From Prorocentrum cordatum (taxonomy: Eukaryota): a stretch of 64,000 nucleotides of DNA. Of this stretch, positions 37,141-50,619 are shown piece after piece (the first letter of the stretch is position 1; each line of letters starts with the position of its first letter). The stretch covers positions 1 through 64,000 of the forward strand of contig CAUYUJ010000270.1 of assembly GCA_963575745.1 (NCBI GenBank), written 5' to 3'. Under the pieces are notes generated by a model that was given only the letters and a program-made list of their open reading frames with translations, ran no database searches and was not told where the DNA came from. The position numbers and the translations under genes were made by a program.

Positions 37141-38264
37141 TCAGCGCCTAGAGGACTGCCGGAGCTGGATGGCGGCGGCCTCGCGGAAGGCCTCAGCGTG
37201 CCGGTGGATCCCGAACTCCCTGGGGGCATCGAGCTCGAGCTCCATCTCGATCTTGTGCCCGTCGTCCGCCGTGCGCAGCTGCGCGAGCGAAACTGGGTCG
37301 TCCTTCCTCCTTAAGGTGTAGGTGCAGCCACCGAGCCCGTTGCTGAACACGTCATATCCACGGGGCTTGATCAAATCCGCCATCGCGGCCCTGACCTTGC
37401 CCATAGAAGAAATAATTGGCGATGTGTGGTGCCCGCATCACGGCGAACACGAAGTGCCAGTGGCGAGCTTGAAAGTGGATCAGGATACTGAATCGTAATC
37501 GATGAATGGCGCTCCGTAGGTGCGAACCTCTGGCGAACAGCTTCGCCAACTGCACGTAAGGTAGTGGCAAGCACCCGCCGTGGAAATCCAAGGATGAGCA
37601 GCTTCGTGGCGTTGTCCTGGCTCTTCTCCGTGGCCGCGGTGCGCTCGCTGATGCTCGAGCGAACATCCCAGGGCGGCCGAGAAAGCTTGTCTAGCTTCTC
37701 CTCAATGTATTTAGTCTTCTCCTGAACTGATGAAGGGATCGACGACGTCGCGTCCGTCATGTCAATCGAGGTCGGCGTCGGCGTGCTCAGGCGCTCGCAA
37801 GCTGCAGCCTCGAAGCCGTCCATCCGTTCCTTCAGGGCCGTGAACGCGGCCGCGTGCTCTCCCTCAATGTGCACCATGCGCGAGTGAATGTCGTTGCCCA
37901 TCGTGTGAATCGAGGATGTGAGCTGGTCGCATCGGAGCTGCGTCAAGCCCATCTGGTTCTTAATCTTGGCGAGATCGTTCACTGAAACCGATACCTGACG
38001 AGAAAGACCCTGCAGCGAAGACATAATCATATCAAAGTTGGAATCCTGGCTTGTCTGACTAGGACGGCACCTCTCACGCTCAGAACGACTCTTCGATCGG
38101 GATGAGCAGAAGGAAAAACTGCGGCCATCGGGCGATCGCGGCACTCGCGGGCTGCGACGGCGCTCTCCATGCTCTCGCATCTGGGCGGCTGTGTACTGGG
38201 AGGTAGGGAAAAGGACGGATATGTGCAGAAAGTCACCTCGAGCCTCCCCGTCGGCAGCGACCAC
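37141..38264 (-). pseudogene. LINE ORF1 (RS-rich, coiled coil, RRM-like KLLILGFP), frameshifted near the C-terminus
   Basis: ORFs 37371-38264 and 37141-37404 lie directly upstream of ORF2. Confidence 0.7.
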
Positions 38265-38293
38265 GTTTCAAACCCCAGGGCACAGGTTTGAGT

Positions 38294-38315
38294 CTTGAGC
38301 CAAAATGGTTACGGA
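38294..38315 (-). other. Dinoflagellate spliced-leader (DinoSL) sequence
   Basis: Minus strand TCCGTAACCATTTTGGCTCAAG versus DCCGTAGCCATTTTGGCTCAAG, one mismatch. Confidence 0.92.
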
Positions 38316-41300
38316 TTGATTTCGCCAATGTTTTGAAGACATGTTGGCCTCCTGGGGGGGGCTCTGATGAACTACCACCCCTTCTCTGATCAAACTCCTC
38401 CAAGATGGCCCCAAGATGGCATCCGAGGCTCCCAAGAGTGCCTCAAGAGGGTCCGAAGAAGCGCCACGGAGGCCCCAAGAGGCCCCCAACAGGTTCCCAA
38501 GGGACCCTCAACAGGCCCCAAGGGGTTCCCTCGAAACACCTAAGACGCTCCAAGTGCCTCCAAGGACCGCCAAGAGGCCCCCAAGACGTTGGGGTACGAC
38601 AGCTTCCCCAACCGTTTTTGTTCCACTGCATGCCCCTCCACATCCCTGATCAGGGCAACTCTCCTGGGCATCGCTTCTGGATGGAATGGTGGCGTTACGC
38701 GGAACGTCTATATAATATTCACACTGTTGACGACGAAGTCGTGGACTGAACTGTGGACACAGAGAGGGCGGAGCGTACCACTGGCAGGAGTAGGTGGATA
38801 CTCGCTCTGTTATGAAGTAGAGCCGGCCAGGTAGGGAGAAGGGGATGGAGAGGGGAGGAGAGAACAAAGGATGATGAGGGGAAGGGGGGAAGGGAACGGA
38901 ACGCTCAAGCTCTTTCTCCTCTGATCGAGTTGATCGATGCAGGACGAGGAGGAGGAGGGAGAGGCGGGTGTAAATGCGGAGGTGGTGCAGGGGGATGGGG
39001 AGGAGAAGGCAACATTGGGGAGATGGACGATGTGAGATCCTCAACGGGGGGGGGCGATCATGAAAGCACGTCCAAAGAGGAGGGGCAAGGACAGAGGGGA
39101 CGGTGGAAGAGGAAGAGGGAGGAAGGCACGAATGAGGAGGGAGGCTGGTAAAGAGGGAGGCCAGCGGCCATCCATGCCGCCCGCGCGGCAAGCAACGACA
39201 CCCCCGCGAGCGCGCCCGCCAACACCATGGCCCGCAATCTTCCCGAGACCGGCACCATTTGCGAACAGAAGCCATCATGCCAAGCACATCTCGGGCCGGA
39301 TGGACACTATCTGCCGCTGCTGCGGCCAGACAGAAGCCATCAAAACAAAAGTAGCTCGAGCCGAATGGCAGGATGGCCGCAATATGTCGCCGCTGCTGCT
39401 GCTCCTCCTGCTTCTCCTCCTCCTCCTCATACTCCTCCTCCACCTCCTCCTACACCTCCTCTTCCTGTTCCTCCTCCTCCTCCTCTCCTCCTCGTGTTCC
39501 TCCTCCTCCTCCTCCTTCAATCCCTGACTCCCGCCCTGCCCCTCCTCATCCTCGAGGCTCCCATTTAGGCTCCGTGCCCCCGTGGGGGCGGGGGGGGCGA
39601 TTCCATCTGGCCCAGTCGCCAGCTGCCCACGGCGCGGGCGCTGGTGCATCTGCCGCGATACTAGGCGAGCGGGCCAGATTTCGCCCCCCCGCACAAGTGG
39701 GCTCGCTGTGGGGGGAGCGTCGGCGAGGCAGGTCATCCGCCTCGACACGGCCAAGAGACTCCTTCGCCAGCATCACGGCGAGTATCACCATAGCGTCGTC
39801 ATGGCGCAACCCAGCGGCGCAGGTAGCGGCGAACCTGCAGGGCCTCCACGGGCGAAGCCGCAGGCGAGTGGCCCTGGCAGTGCAAGGCCAGCAAAACTTG
39901 TGGATTCAAGAACAACTTTGCCACGAAGATGACGTGCTGGAAGTGCGGGCGCGACAAGGACGGACGACCAGCGCAGATCTAATACCTCGTCGTCGAGCTG
40001 TCAAATCTCTGTGACGTCTCCAGTATGACGGCTCCAATGAGGGCATGCAGCTCGCCTCCGCGGCCTTGGCCGAGGCTGAACAGGCCGAGGGCGACACCAT
40101 GGCACCAGAACATGTCTTGCGGAGCCCGCTGGGCAAACTAAAAACAAAAAGAGTCGGAGAGATCGAAACAATCTGGACGACAGCATCGTCCACAAGCCCC
40201 GGGCCGCACGTGCCCGGCAGACCTTCCACGCAAAGCGGGAAACGCCGCAAGCTAAACAGGGGCGGTGGGATACCCCCCCCTGGAGGTAACCCTGGAGGGT
40301 GGTCCCCGTGGTCCTCGGGGCGGAAAGCCCGTTGAGTGAGAGCCAAGGCCTCCTGTGCACGATGGAACCTGTCAATCAGCGGTGCTGACTGTTCCTGTAT
40401 CTGTTGAATGGATGTCACCAGCTGATTGGCGCGCTGGCTGAGCGCTTGAATGCTGTCAGAACGATGCTCCGCGGTCAAATGGTTGTTCAAGATCGATGTT
40501 TTCTTTGTTTTGGTTGCCGTTTCTCTCTGTTTTGTGGAATTTTGAGCCGCCGTTGTCCTTCCATTCTTTTAGTTTTCGATGCGTTTTCGATACGTTTCCA
40601 GCTGCCCCACAAACGCCGATCATAGTAGAAACGAATCGTTGTTTATGTAAAAAACTGTGTGCTACCGTTTTGCTTCCGTGTTGGTCGACCGCAACCAGTG
40701 AAGATGAACACGGAAGAAAAACACGCCCCAAGCGATGTTTAAGACAAAGCCCCCTGGTGGATGGAATGCAGGCCCAAAGTCCCCAGTGGGGAGGGACGTC
40801 CAAGGCCGTTTAGCAAAGGCCGGTTATCGGGTCCGGGTGTTTTTTTCCTTCCTGGTCGTGAAACTAAACAAATGAGGCCATAACCTCGAGATGCTGCACA
40901 GTGTGCATGTGTGGCATGCACGCGAGGCACCTAAGGAGGCCGGGGGGGGGGGGGGCCTGGTCGGCCTGGTGGCATGAAGCGCTGCGGTGGGGGGTTGGGT
41001 GTGCGGCAGCAGTGGCCAGCCTGGCGGGTTGGGGCGGCGGGGCCAGCTCCCGGTGGGGTCCATTCCTCGACCCCTCGCCTACCATGCGCAGGTCCTCTTC
41101 CAGATTGGGTTGGGAGGTAACACTGTCATCGGTGCGTCCATCAGGGGTGCGACCAATCTCAGTGGGGGGGCAATGCAGAACGACCAGATGGTTCAAGAAC
41201 GTGCTTACGTTGATGCTGACACATCCCACTAGCACATGGTCCATGAATTCCTAACAAAAGCGTGTTGCTGCAATCAGGCGAACAGCCCTACACAACTCAA

Positions 41301-43838
41301 CTTTAGACTACCAAATATTATTGTTTGTCAACATCGGTAAATCTATCGCCGCCAATATGTTGTGCCGTGTCACCTTTCAACCGGGCAACCCTCTGCCAAT
41401 TACAGACACGTGCGCCTGGCCAGTGTGGAAGTCCGAGGCAATAATGGGCGAAGAGATGTTTCAAGGACACTCTACAGCATCTCGATTCCCAGGATGACAT
41501 GAGAAACTGCACCAGCGACCCAGCTGCGTGGCGCAAATTCGTAATTTATAATGTGTGCTCCCCGCCTTGTCCTCCTCCTCCTCCTCCACGTCCTCGTCCT
41601 CCTCCTCTTCCTTGTCCTCCTCCAGCTCATTCCAGAGAGATGTCTGCGGACTAAGGGCTTCTTTTCTTCTGTCTGCGCCGCCGCCGCAGCTGCAAAGCTG
41701 AGGCTCCACCGTGTGCGCGCTATGTTTTTGCGCTCAGAACCACAGACGCGCAGACGATCCGCCTTCTAACCTATCCCCAGACACCTCCAGGGATCCATCC
41801 TGGACAAATGTTCGAGCTATGTGCAACCGTGGCCATGGGAGCTCCCCAGGAGGCCTAAGAACCTGAACGGTGTCAAGCAGCCCAAGAACATCGGAGGCCA
41901 CCCCCTTCGCCCTGCCCCCTCAGAGGCACCACCAATACCGATGCCCCGTGGCAAGAACATGGGATCCGCTTGGCGCGCCACGATCTCCGAGGCTCATGTT
42001 CTGTCCCCGGGCTCTGCGGCGCGCGCGCGTCGCAAAATCGAACCAGCTGCTACGTTGAAAAAGTTGGCACGGCCGATACCACCGCCCTCGTCCAGGAGGA
42101 AGCCAAACTATACACCTGCACCGATCCAGGCCAGGACCACCGCCCAGGATCGCCCCGCAGGCTTGGCCAGGAGGGCGTATGCGCTGACCCTGGGCACAAG
42201 ATGGGAATGACCAGGATCAGTGTGCGGCAGATTACTGCCGTGATGGAGTCGGGTCTGGTGACTCTGGTGTCTGGCACCGCGCGAGCCGTTCGACTTCGAA
42301 AGATCTCCGCTCCTGGAGGTCCCCGGAGGCTCTCGACTCCATCTTTGGCACCGGTTTCTGTTTGCCCAGGGAGGGTGCTCAACCTGGATCGCCCGCGCTG
42401 GCGTCGCCGCCGCGCCGAGATGGCGCGAACCTGCCGCAGGCGTATGACTGGCGTCCCCCGATCATCTGTCCTTCGACTTTTGCTTCTTGTCCTTCTTCGT
42501 GACCTCCGGAACGCGCGAAGGGTAAGGCGACCACACGGAGGGCAAGGCATCACCGGCGGTCGGCGGTCGCATCGGCGTCGCAAGTCCGCCCGCTCTCCAC
42601 ACCCGCACCTCCGACGTCGTAGCTGCTGCACGAAAGGGGGACCCAGGCCCCAAGGCCTGTCAAAACCCCCTCGTGAAAATTGTCACAACGTGGGGTTTTT
42701 GATGATTTGTGATCTGTGGATGCCCTTACCAGGCACAAGGGTAAACAAAACCAGCTCGGGATAAGACATGCAAACATCCGATGTTTTGATTTGCCGCAAA
42801 AGGGGTTCCTGAAGTCCAGCCCTTCCACCAGGGCCAACTTTTCAACCTGAGTCCTGTTACGGACGGTCCAGGAATCCCAAAGAAAAGAGGCCCACCCAAA
42901 ACACTCAAAATCGCCCAAATCCCTCCTAGCCCCTCGCCGTTGCCTCCTGCCCCGCCCCTTCCCTGCTTCCCTACCTCCAGCAACGTCATAATTCCCACTA
43001 ACCGAAGATGGGACCCTTGCTACTCCTCATGCGCTACGATGTGGTTCTTGTTACTGATGCGACGCCCCCGCCTCCTTTTCACACACCGTCTCCCTCGCAC
43101 CTTCACACTCATCGCAGCATAGTCAGACTCAGGTCCAATCGTACTCAGCTTAGTCATAGCAGTGCTTTCCCACATTCGGTTACTTTTTTCACGATTGGGC
43201 CCCCTCATATTCCGATTCATTCTTTGGAATGGGCAACATGCTACCACAACTGGCACCGAAACACGGATGCCGCCACGCGCCGGAAAATTGTATAAAAGGC
43301 GTCGGGGTGAGGTCGGCGAGGTACGGCACGAGCGAGACAACGGTTGTTCTTGAAACCCTTTGTATTCCTCACCAAGCGTCCCACGCCGGATTCCCACCAG
43401 CGCTTGGGAGTGCGCGCCGTGACAGCGGACGTCGTGCTCGGGCCGACCCGCGGCTGCTAGAAGTCCGGACCCCCCGCGGAATGCCCAGCACACTCAAGAA
43501 TCAATGCTACACTCGACGCTTCGGCTATTGGTGACCGGTTTGCGAGCCAGAGTTATGCCAGGCAAGCAAAGGACGCCTCAGAAGCCGACCTGCTATACGC
43601 AAGCTCGCAAAGAAAAGAGGCCTGGAAGACAGCATTCTGACACCATGAGCGGCCCGTGACAATGATTGCCGAATTACTCCCGCGCGTGTCGGGGGAGGAG
43701 GAGGAGGAGGAAAAAGAGGAGTACAAGGAGGAACTTTACTTGCTGGTGTCATGGGTGGGACACGGCGGACATGATAACGGGAGAGATAGCAAGGCGCAAG
43801 TTTTTTCCCCCTTCAATACATGGCTTGTCGCGTGCACA

Positions 43839-43861
43839 CTGTAAGCCAGAATGGCAACGGG
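43839..43861 (-). other. Degenerate DinoSL relic
   Basis: Minus strand CCGTTGCCATTCTGGCTTACAG, matching DinoSL at 16 of the first 19 positions. Confidence 0.55.
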
Positions 43862-44476
43862 CGCGCACGCATGCTCGTATTCGAATCGGGGCTACTGGAC
43901 AATGGAAAGTGCCCCTGGGTACCACTCAGGCCACAGAGGACCACCCGCAATGAGGTGCCAGAGCGTTCACCACGGTACATCAGCAGGGGACGCTCGGCAC
44001 AGCTCACTCACGGCTCAGGAGCCTCAGTCCGAACGGAATGTCGTGAACCCTGCAGATCCCTGTCCGCTCGTCGTGGTCAGCGCGCACATGGGATGAGCTG
44101 ACCATGACCAGGGTCGTGGATCGTAGCAGCACCCCACAACAGGGAGAGCATATGGACAGGCTCCTTAGCCACATGCGGCATCGACCAGCCGATGTCGACT
44201 TACAGCCAGGAGCAGGGCACAGCTCGTGGGGGCCCGAAACAGACCGTGCACGGCGTGCGCTCACGTCGCGGCGCTGGTCGCGCCTGCCAAGCAGGCGCGT
44301 CTGCATCCTGCACGCTGCTGGCTTTGGCGCTAGCCTTCGGCACCCTTTTGTGAGTAGATACCGGCAGGCGTAGCTGGCCGTTGCGGCGGTTGCGTTGCTG
44401 CGCGTCTGGAAAACATCCGCGCGCTTTGCTTCGTACGCGCAAACTCAGTTCGTCGAGTTGTTGGCGGCAATGTCAC

Positions 44477-44523
44477 AAGCGCTAGCAACTAGAGACACAT
44501 TGTGTCTCTAGTTGCTAGCGCTT
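44477..44523. repeat. Perfect 47-bp palindrome (23-bp arms, 1-nt loop)
   Basis: aagcgctagcaactagagacaca-t-tgtgtctctagttgctagcgctt. Confidence 0.95.
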
Positions 44524-45475
44524 ACAAGTCACGGCTGTTGACTTCCCGTGCGTTGGTACGGTGAATGCCGAGCGGCGCCGGCGCGGCGCGTGCTCTGGAT
44601 GCAGCCATCAGCATCGCAGTGTCGCCGGTGCCTGCCTCGGCTGTTCGTAGCTGTCCCAGCAACGGCAGCGCAGCGTGGCCAACGCGCCAGGCCACCGCGA
44701 TGCATGCCGCCTAATTTGTTGGGAGGCGTGGGCGGCCATGCAACGCTGACCTCTGTGGTGGCGTGCTGCCGCGACGGCGCCTCGTAAGTACTGCAGGCGG
44801 CGCTGACATGTCGAAGCCAGCGACTTGCTCGCAGCACCTGTCGAGTGCTTGGCGCGTTGTGCCCGCCAAAGCTCCGCGACGAAGACTTTCATGCTTTTGT
44901 CCACGTGGCGCCAATCTATTGAGGGGTGAGGAGGCCCTTGCAGTTGACTGGGAGGCTGGCCAGCTTCTGGTAGGGCACGGCTTCCTGATGGTGTTCGTGT
45001 TGAACACGGTCTGCGGTGAGCACTTGGTCAGGTCGCCCTTGTGGTGATTGTCGTAGCTTAGTCGCCAAGTCCACTGTAAGCAGGCTCAGACATGCTCAAC
45101 CCCACCGGCATGTGCCGATGGCTGTCAAGACGCTCCTGTCCTCATGCTGCACAGCGCATCCAGGAGAAGATGCTGTGTCAAGTGGAGGCGCGAACATTTG
45201 CGATCGATCCGCGGCAGGCCCGGCGGGATCCGCGCTGCTGGCGGCCGCGCGGTGGAGCCGGTGCGACCAGCTGCTCTTGCCCAAGAGGTGGAATCGCGCG
45301 CAACCACGGCCGCGTAGCGCTGCGAGGCGTTGCTGGGCTAATGGCAGTGAACCTGGTGGCCGACGTCACTTGGCGGAACAAATCCCCCAACACGGCTCAA
45401 GATGGTCTCCAAGAGTGCAAGATGACTCCACAATTCGCCCAAGATGATCCAAGATGGCCTCCAAGACCGCCCAAA

Positions 45476-45646
45476 TCGGCGGTGCACAAACCTCCCTTTA
45501 GTAAACCTCCCCTTAGCGAAAACGGCCTGGGACCGAAACCGACGGACCTGGACCTGCAAAAATGACGGCCGCGACGCCCTCTCGCGAACCGAAAACGGCC
45601 AATTCACTAATCGACGTGTCAAGGTAGGAGGTCGATCCACCTCCGA
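45476..45646. mobile_element. Small MITE-like insertion
   Basis: 20-bp imperfect TIRs (tcggcggtgcacaaacctcc / revcomp tcggaggtggatcgacctcc, 15/20) interrupting a CCAAGA-rich repeat. No clear TSD. Confidence 0.4.
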
Positions 45647-46395
45647 CCATGAGAGTCCGAGATGCCTCCAAGTCCGCCCAAGAGGCCGCCAAGACGGCCC
45701 AAGATGGCTCCAAGACGCCCCCACGATGCTCCAAGACAGCCCAAGAGGCCTCCAAGAGGTATAATGTTCCTGAGGTGTTGATGGATCTCATCATTTGATT
45801 ATTTTCGGCCTTCCGACGGCCCGAAACGGCCCAAGAGCCTCCGAAAAACGCCCCAAGACCCCCCAAGAGGCCTCCAAGATGGTCCTAGAACGGCCCAAGA
45901 GGTCCCCAAGACGGCCCCAAGAGGGCCCCAAGACGGCCCAAGGGCCTCCACGACTCCCAAGGTGGCCCCCAAGACGGCACTGGAGCACTCCAAAAGGGCC
46001 GCAAGTCGGCCCAGAGAGGCCCCCAAGACGGCTTCCGACGGCGTCAGACTGGCCAGGAACGCCTAAAGACGGGCAAAGAGGCCCCCGAGAAGCCCCCAAA
46101 GGCCACCAAGATGCCCAAGGAAACCCTCGCAGAGGCACCTTCCAGGAGGCCCCAAGAGTGTCCCCATAGGCTCCCAAGATGCCCCCTCCTCCTCCTCCTC
46201 TTCCCCCTCCTCCTCCTCCTCTTCCTGCTCCTGATCTTCCCCGCCATCCTCCCCCAAGTGTTTCCCGAAAAGTTTCCACAACGGCTGGGGAACACACGGT
46301 CAGATAGCCTGGCAGAGCTCTTGCCACAACGCTCGGCCACATGGGCGATTCCAAAAGGCAGGTGGGCGGCAGTGATTCGCCGTAGGCGTCTTCGA

Positions 46396-48830
46396 TGCTC
46401 ATACTCACTCATACTCAGAACCTCACATTCAGACTCACTCACACTCACACCCACGCGCTCAGACCACTCATACCCAGACACATCCATACTCAACTTATTC
46501 ACAACTTGCCCACACGCTGCCACTCTGATTCAAGCCCACTCGCACTCGTTCCTCACATTCACTCAGACTCGCCCAGGCTCACCGCGATGTAGCAAGCGTG
46601 GCACTTGACCACCCCAACGAGGAGCAACCAGGCAGGGGGAAACTTGCCCGTTCGAGCAAGGCGCTCGTGTTGCGCCGCCGACGTCTTCCTTTTCGGAGCC
46701 CCATGATCGCCGCGATGAAGCAGACAAATCGTATGGCCCCATGACCACCGCGATGCAGCAATCTTACCACTTGAGCACCCATCGGAGGAGCCGCCAGGGA
46801 GGAGGTTCGCTGCCCGTTCGCGGCCAATGTGTGGGGACGTCTCGAGCGATCCGCTTCGTTTCGTACCTCCGACTTCTCTCCTCACATAGCCCAATGATCA
46901 CCGCGATGAGTCAGGCATAGCATCTGGGCGCCCAAAGGAGGAGCCGCCATATTGAGGGGATGTCTAAAGTGGGTGCTTGGTTTGTACCTCCAACTCCTGC
47001 CTCTCGAAGGCCTCATGACCACCGCGAGATAGCAAGCCTAGCACTTGGGCCCCACAGGGAGGAGCGGCCAGGGGGTGTTTCACGTGCCCATTGGCGTCAA
47101 TGGTGTGGGGATGCCTCGAGCGAGATGCTGGTTTCGAACATTCGGATCCTGCCTGCCGAGAGCATCGCGAGTACGACGATATAGCGGGCACAGCAATCGG
47201 GGGGGATTTCACTTGCGGGATGCCCAGAGCGAAACGCTGGTTTTAGCACCCCCGATTCCTCTCCTGCCAGAGCCCAACGTGATCACCACGATGTAGCGGC
47301 GAGATCCCTTGGGCACCCCAAGGGAGAGCCGCAAGGGGGGTAGCATACGGCGGCAGAGAGAAAACAACATGCGGCGGAAGACATAAAGCAGAGAGGATTG
47401 CTCATACCCGGAGTCGCACATATGCCGTCTTCCTCGAGCTCAGAGTTCACGCAACTTACTCGACCTTCGATGCCAGACAGTGAGAGGGACATACGGGCGT
47501 CGAATAATCAATGTGATGCCTCCGCAACCCACCTCCTTCCTCCCTCCTCCTCCCCCTCCTCACTCACTCAGACTCACTCATATTCAGATTCACTGACACT
47601 CCGACTCACTCACACCCAGACTCACTCAGAGCGAGGCGCTCGTTTTGCATACCCGACTCTCTTTCAAGATCTCCACGACCACCGCAATATACAAATCATC
47701 TGGGCACCCTAAAGAGCCGCCAGGGAGGGGGACACTTGCCCGCTCGCGGCTTCAATGGGGGATGTATCGAGCCAGGCGAACGTTTCGATCCCTCCGACTG
47801 CTCTGCTCTGAGAGCTTCATGATCCCAGTTATGTGGCAGGCGCCACAGTTGGGCACCCAATGGGGGAGCCGCCAGGGAGGGGGGCACTTGCCCGCTCGCG
47901 GCCACTTTGTGAGGATGTCTCGAGCGAGGCTCTCGTCCTGCACCCTGGGCTCCTCCCTTTCGGGGCTGCTTCATGATCACCGCGGGATATCAAGCATAGA
48001 ACATGGGCGCCCAAAGGAGGAGCCGCCAGGGATGGGGTACGTACTAGTACTTGCCAGTCGGCGGCCAGATTGCGGAAATGTCTCGAGCGAGGCGCTCGTG
48101 TTGCACCCCCTGGCTCCTCTCGCTTCGCAACGTGACGTTCAACGCGGGAATCAGACAGGGCACCGAGAGGCCGCCAGGGAGGGGAAACATTCCCCGTTCA
48201 CGGCAAGGTTGTGGGAATGTCGCGGTCGGTTCGCTCGCTCGGCGTCCTTGACGCATCAGCTTTGCGAGTGCCGCGGCCATTGCGATGTAGCACGCGTGGC
48301 CCCTGGCCACTCCAAGGAGGAGCCGCCAAAGAGGCGGGCCATTGCCCGTTCGCGACCATGTTACGGGGATGTCTAAGGCGAGGCACTCGTTTTGCTCCTC
48401 CGACCGGTTTTTTTTGTTCTCAGAGCTCAGAGTCTCATGATCACCACGTTGTAGCCACCGCTATATTTGGGCACCTTCAGGGGACGGGGAGGAGGGCACG
48501 TGCCCGCTCGCGGCCAAAGTTTGTGGGAATGCCTGGAGCGAAACGCTGGTTTGGGCAGCCCCGACTCCTCCCCCGCCCTAGCCCCGTGATCACCGCGAGG
48601 TTGCAGGCATATCACCTGGACACGCCAGGGGGGGTACGACCAAGGAGTGTTACACTTGCCCATTCGCTCGAGCTGGGGACGTCTCAAGCGAAACGCTGGC
48701 TTCGGCAACCCCGACTCCTCTCCTTTCAGAGGCCCAAGGTCACCCCGATGTTGCAAGCAAAACAATTGGGCACTCCTCGGGGGAGTCGCCAGGGAGCGGT
48801 CAGCCGTCTCAGGGTAACTACTCTCCTACT
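46396..48830. repeat. Diverged relative of the 28002-29461 composite (ACTCA minisatellite + units with GGAGCCGCCAGGG / GGATGTCTC / CGCTGGTTT motifs)
   Basis: Shared motifs recur in the same order, with heavy divergence. Confidence 0.65.
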
Positions 48831-50619
48831 CAGACAACGACAGCATGAAATGCCAGGAAATAGAATGCACACATGGGGCTTCCCGCCTCGATGATAGTTT
48901 CACAACGGGAGGTCCAGAAGCTCTCGTCCCTCCTCTTCCTGGAAAAGGGAAGGGGAGAGGGGGGCTCCTCATTCAACCTGCCGCTTCCTGCTTCCACACC
49001 CTGCCTCCTGCATACATTCCTATTCCTTATCGATAGTTCCTTCCTGTCGCGCCTCGAGGCGTGACTACAGGGAGTGCCGGGTACTTCGCCGGAGAATTCG
49101 GCACCATGTATAATCCTTTAGCTAACCCGTCTCAAGAATTTCACGGACCAGGGCGGGCCGTTTTCAAGATGCGGCTCTCGCTTTAAGCGCCGCGCAGATT
49201 CGTTTGTAACATTTGGCCGAGCGCGCGTTCACTTTAAGCGGACACGAAAGCTTCACGGATGGAGGGCGTTTCGTTTTCAAGGTGTAGCTCTCGCCTTGGC
49301 GCTCTCAAAGTTCGTGTGCTGGCACGATGACGGGCTGTGAGCGCGCACCAGCCGCTTGGACTTGCAGTGTTGAGGTCCCAGACATGGTGTCTGGTGTGTT
49401 TCAGAACCGTCCTGATGCAATCGTGACGGTGGCTCGCGGCGTTGATGAAATCCCAGAACTGGTGTTCTGTCGCAGCTTGGGATTATCAAACTGATGTCTA
49501 CCAAGGGTGCGTTTCCTGCAGTGAAAAAATTGTTGTGGACGGCCATGAAAAAAGGACCTTGGGGGAAGGGTGTATTGCAAAATCGTTGGTTCATCTTGGG
49601 TTTGCACTGGTCCTCCTCCTCTTCCTCCTCCCCCTGTTTCCCTCCTCCTTCTCTTCCTCCTCCTGCTCCTCCGGCCCTCCTCCTTCTCCTTCTCAAACGT
49701 TCAAGCGCTCACAGTCCAAGTCGACCAGGAGCCCAATTTGAACACACCAACGATGTCATCACCCCCCAACCGTATCAAAAGCACCTCAGACCCTGGAGAG
49801 CCAGGAGCAACCGAGACGGCGCGGGAATTGTGATTCAACGGGGTGTCGAAGTGGCATGCCAGGGCCAAAATGGGTGAGTTTTTGTTCATTCGCTCCTGGC
49901 ACAGTGCCCCACCAAATCGGAAACAAGTATTTGAAGGAGCTGCTGCTGGCTCCTCCCCCATTCCTTTTCCTTATAAATAACTCCTCCCTGTCGCACCCCC
50001 AGACGTGTCGGTAGGGCGGGCTGGGCGTTTCGCCTGAATCTCCCCAGCCACTTGCGATCCTGACGCTTGAAACGCGCAACAGTTTGGAACATGGAGGGCG
50101 GCACGTCTTCAAAATGTGGCTGTCGCCTTATCGCCCCGCTCATTCGTCCTAGAATTCCGCAGCAGTTTCAATGATGGAGGGCGGCCCGCCATCAAATAGT
50201 GGATCCCGCCTTCGCGTCGACCGCATTCGTCTTTGAACATTGCAAGATTTTCAAGGATGGACGGCTGTTTTTTCCCTTTCTCGAAATGTCGTTCTCACCT
50301 CGGCCCGCGAACAATCGTCTTACAGGTTGCAACAGCTTCAAGGGTGGAGGCCGGTTCCCTTTTCAAAATGTGGCTCTCGCCTTAGCGCCGCGCAAGGTCG
50401 TTCTAAACAATTGCACCGGTTCCGCGGAGTCGCTGGGATCATGTTTTGGCACGATTTGACACTGTCTGCGCGCAAGAGCCACGTCGATTCGCGGTGTTGA
50501 AATCCCAGGAATGGTGCTCTGGCACGATTTATGACCGTCAGAACGCATCAGTCACTGTCACGTTCTAAGAACTTCCCCAATCAGAGTTGCCTCTGTAGGG
50601 GTCCTAGCGGATATAAAGC

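Larger units (their letters stand above)
33339..38315 (-). mobile_element. Full-length, decayed non-LTR (LINE, APE+RT type) retrotransposon with 5' spliced leader, poly(A) and TSD
   Basis: SL at 38294-38315, then ORF1 and ORF2 motifs, then an A8 tail (plus-strand T8 at 33339-33346). TSD ctgatgtcacccatgtttt (33324-33342) / ttgatttcgccaatgtttt (38316-38334), 15/19 identical. Confidence 0.9.

Noticed and set aside
38294..38315. SL RNA gene
   Set aside because: The leader is followed by ACTC and LINE sequence rather than a GT donor and SL-RNA intron, so it is a retroposed leader.
44000..45360. Possible decayed coding region
   Set aside because: No recognisable motif and no sustained reading frame.
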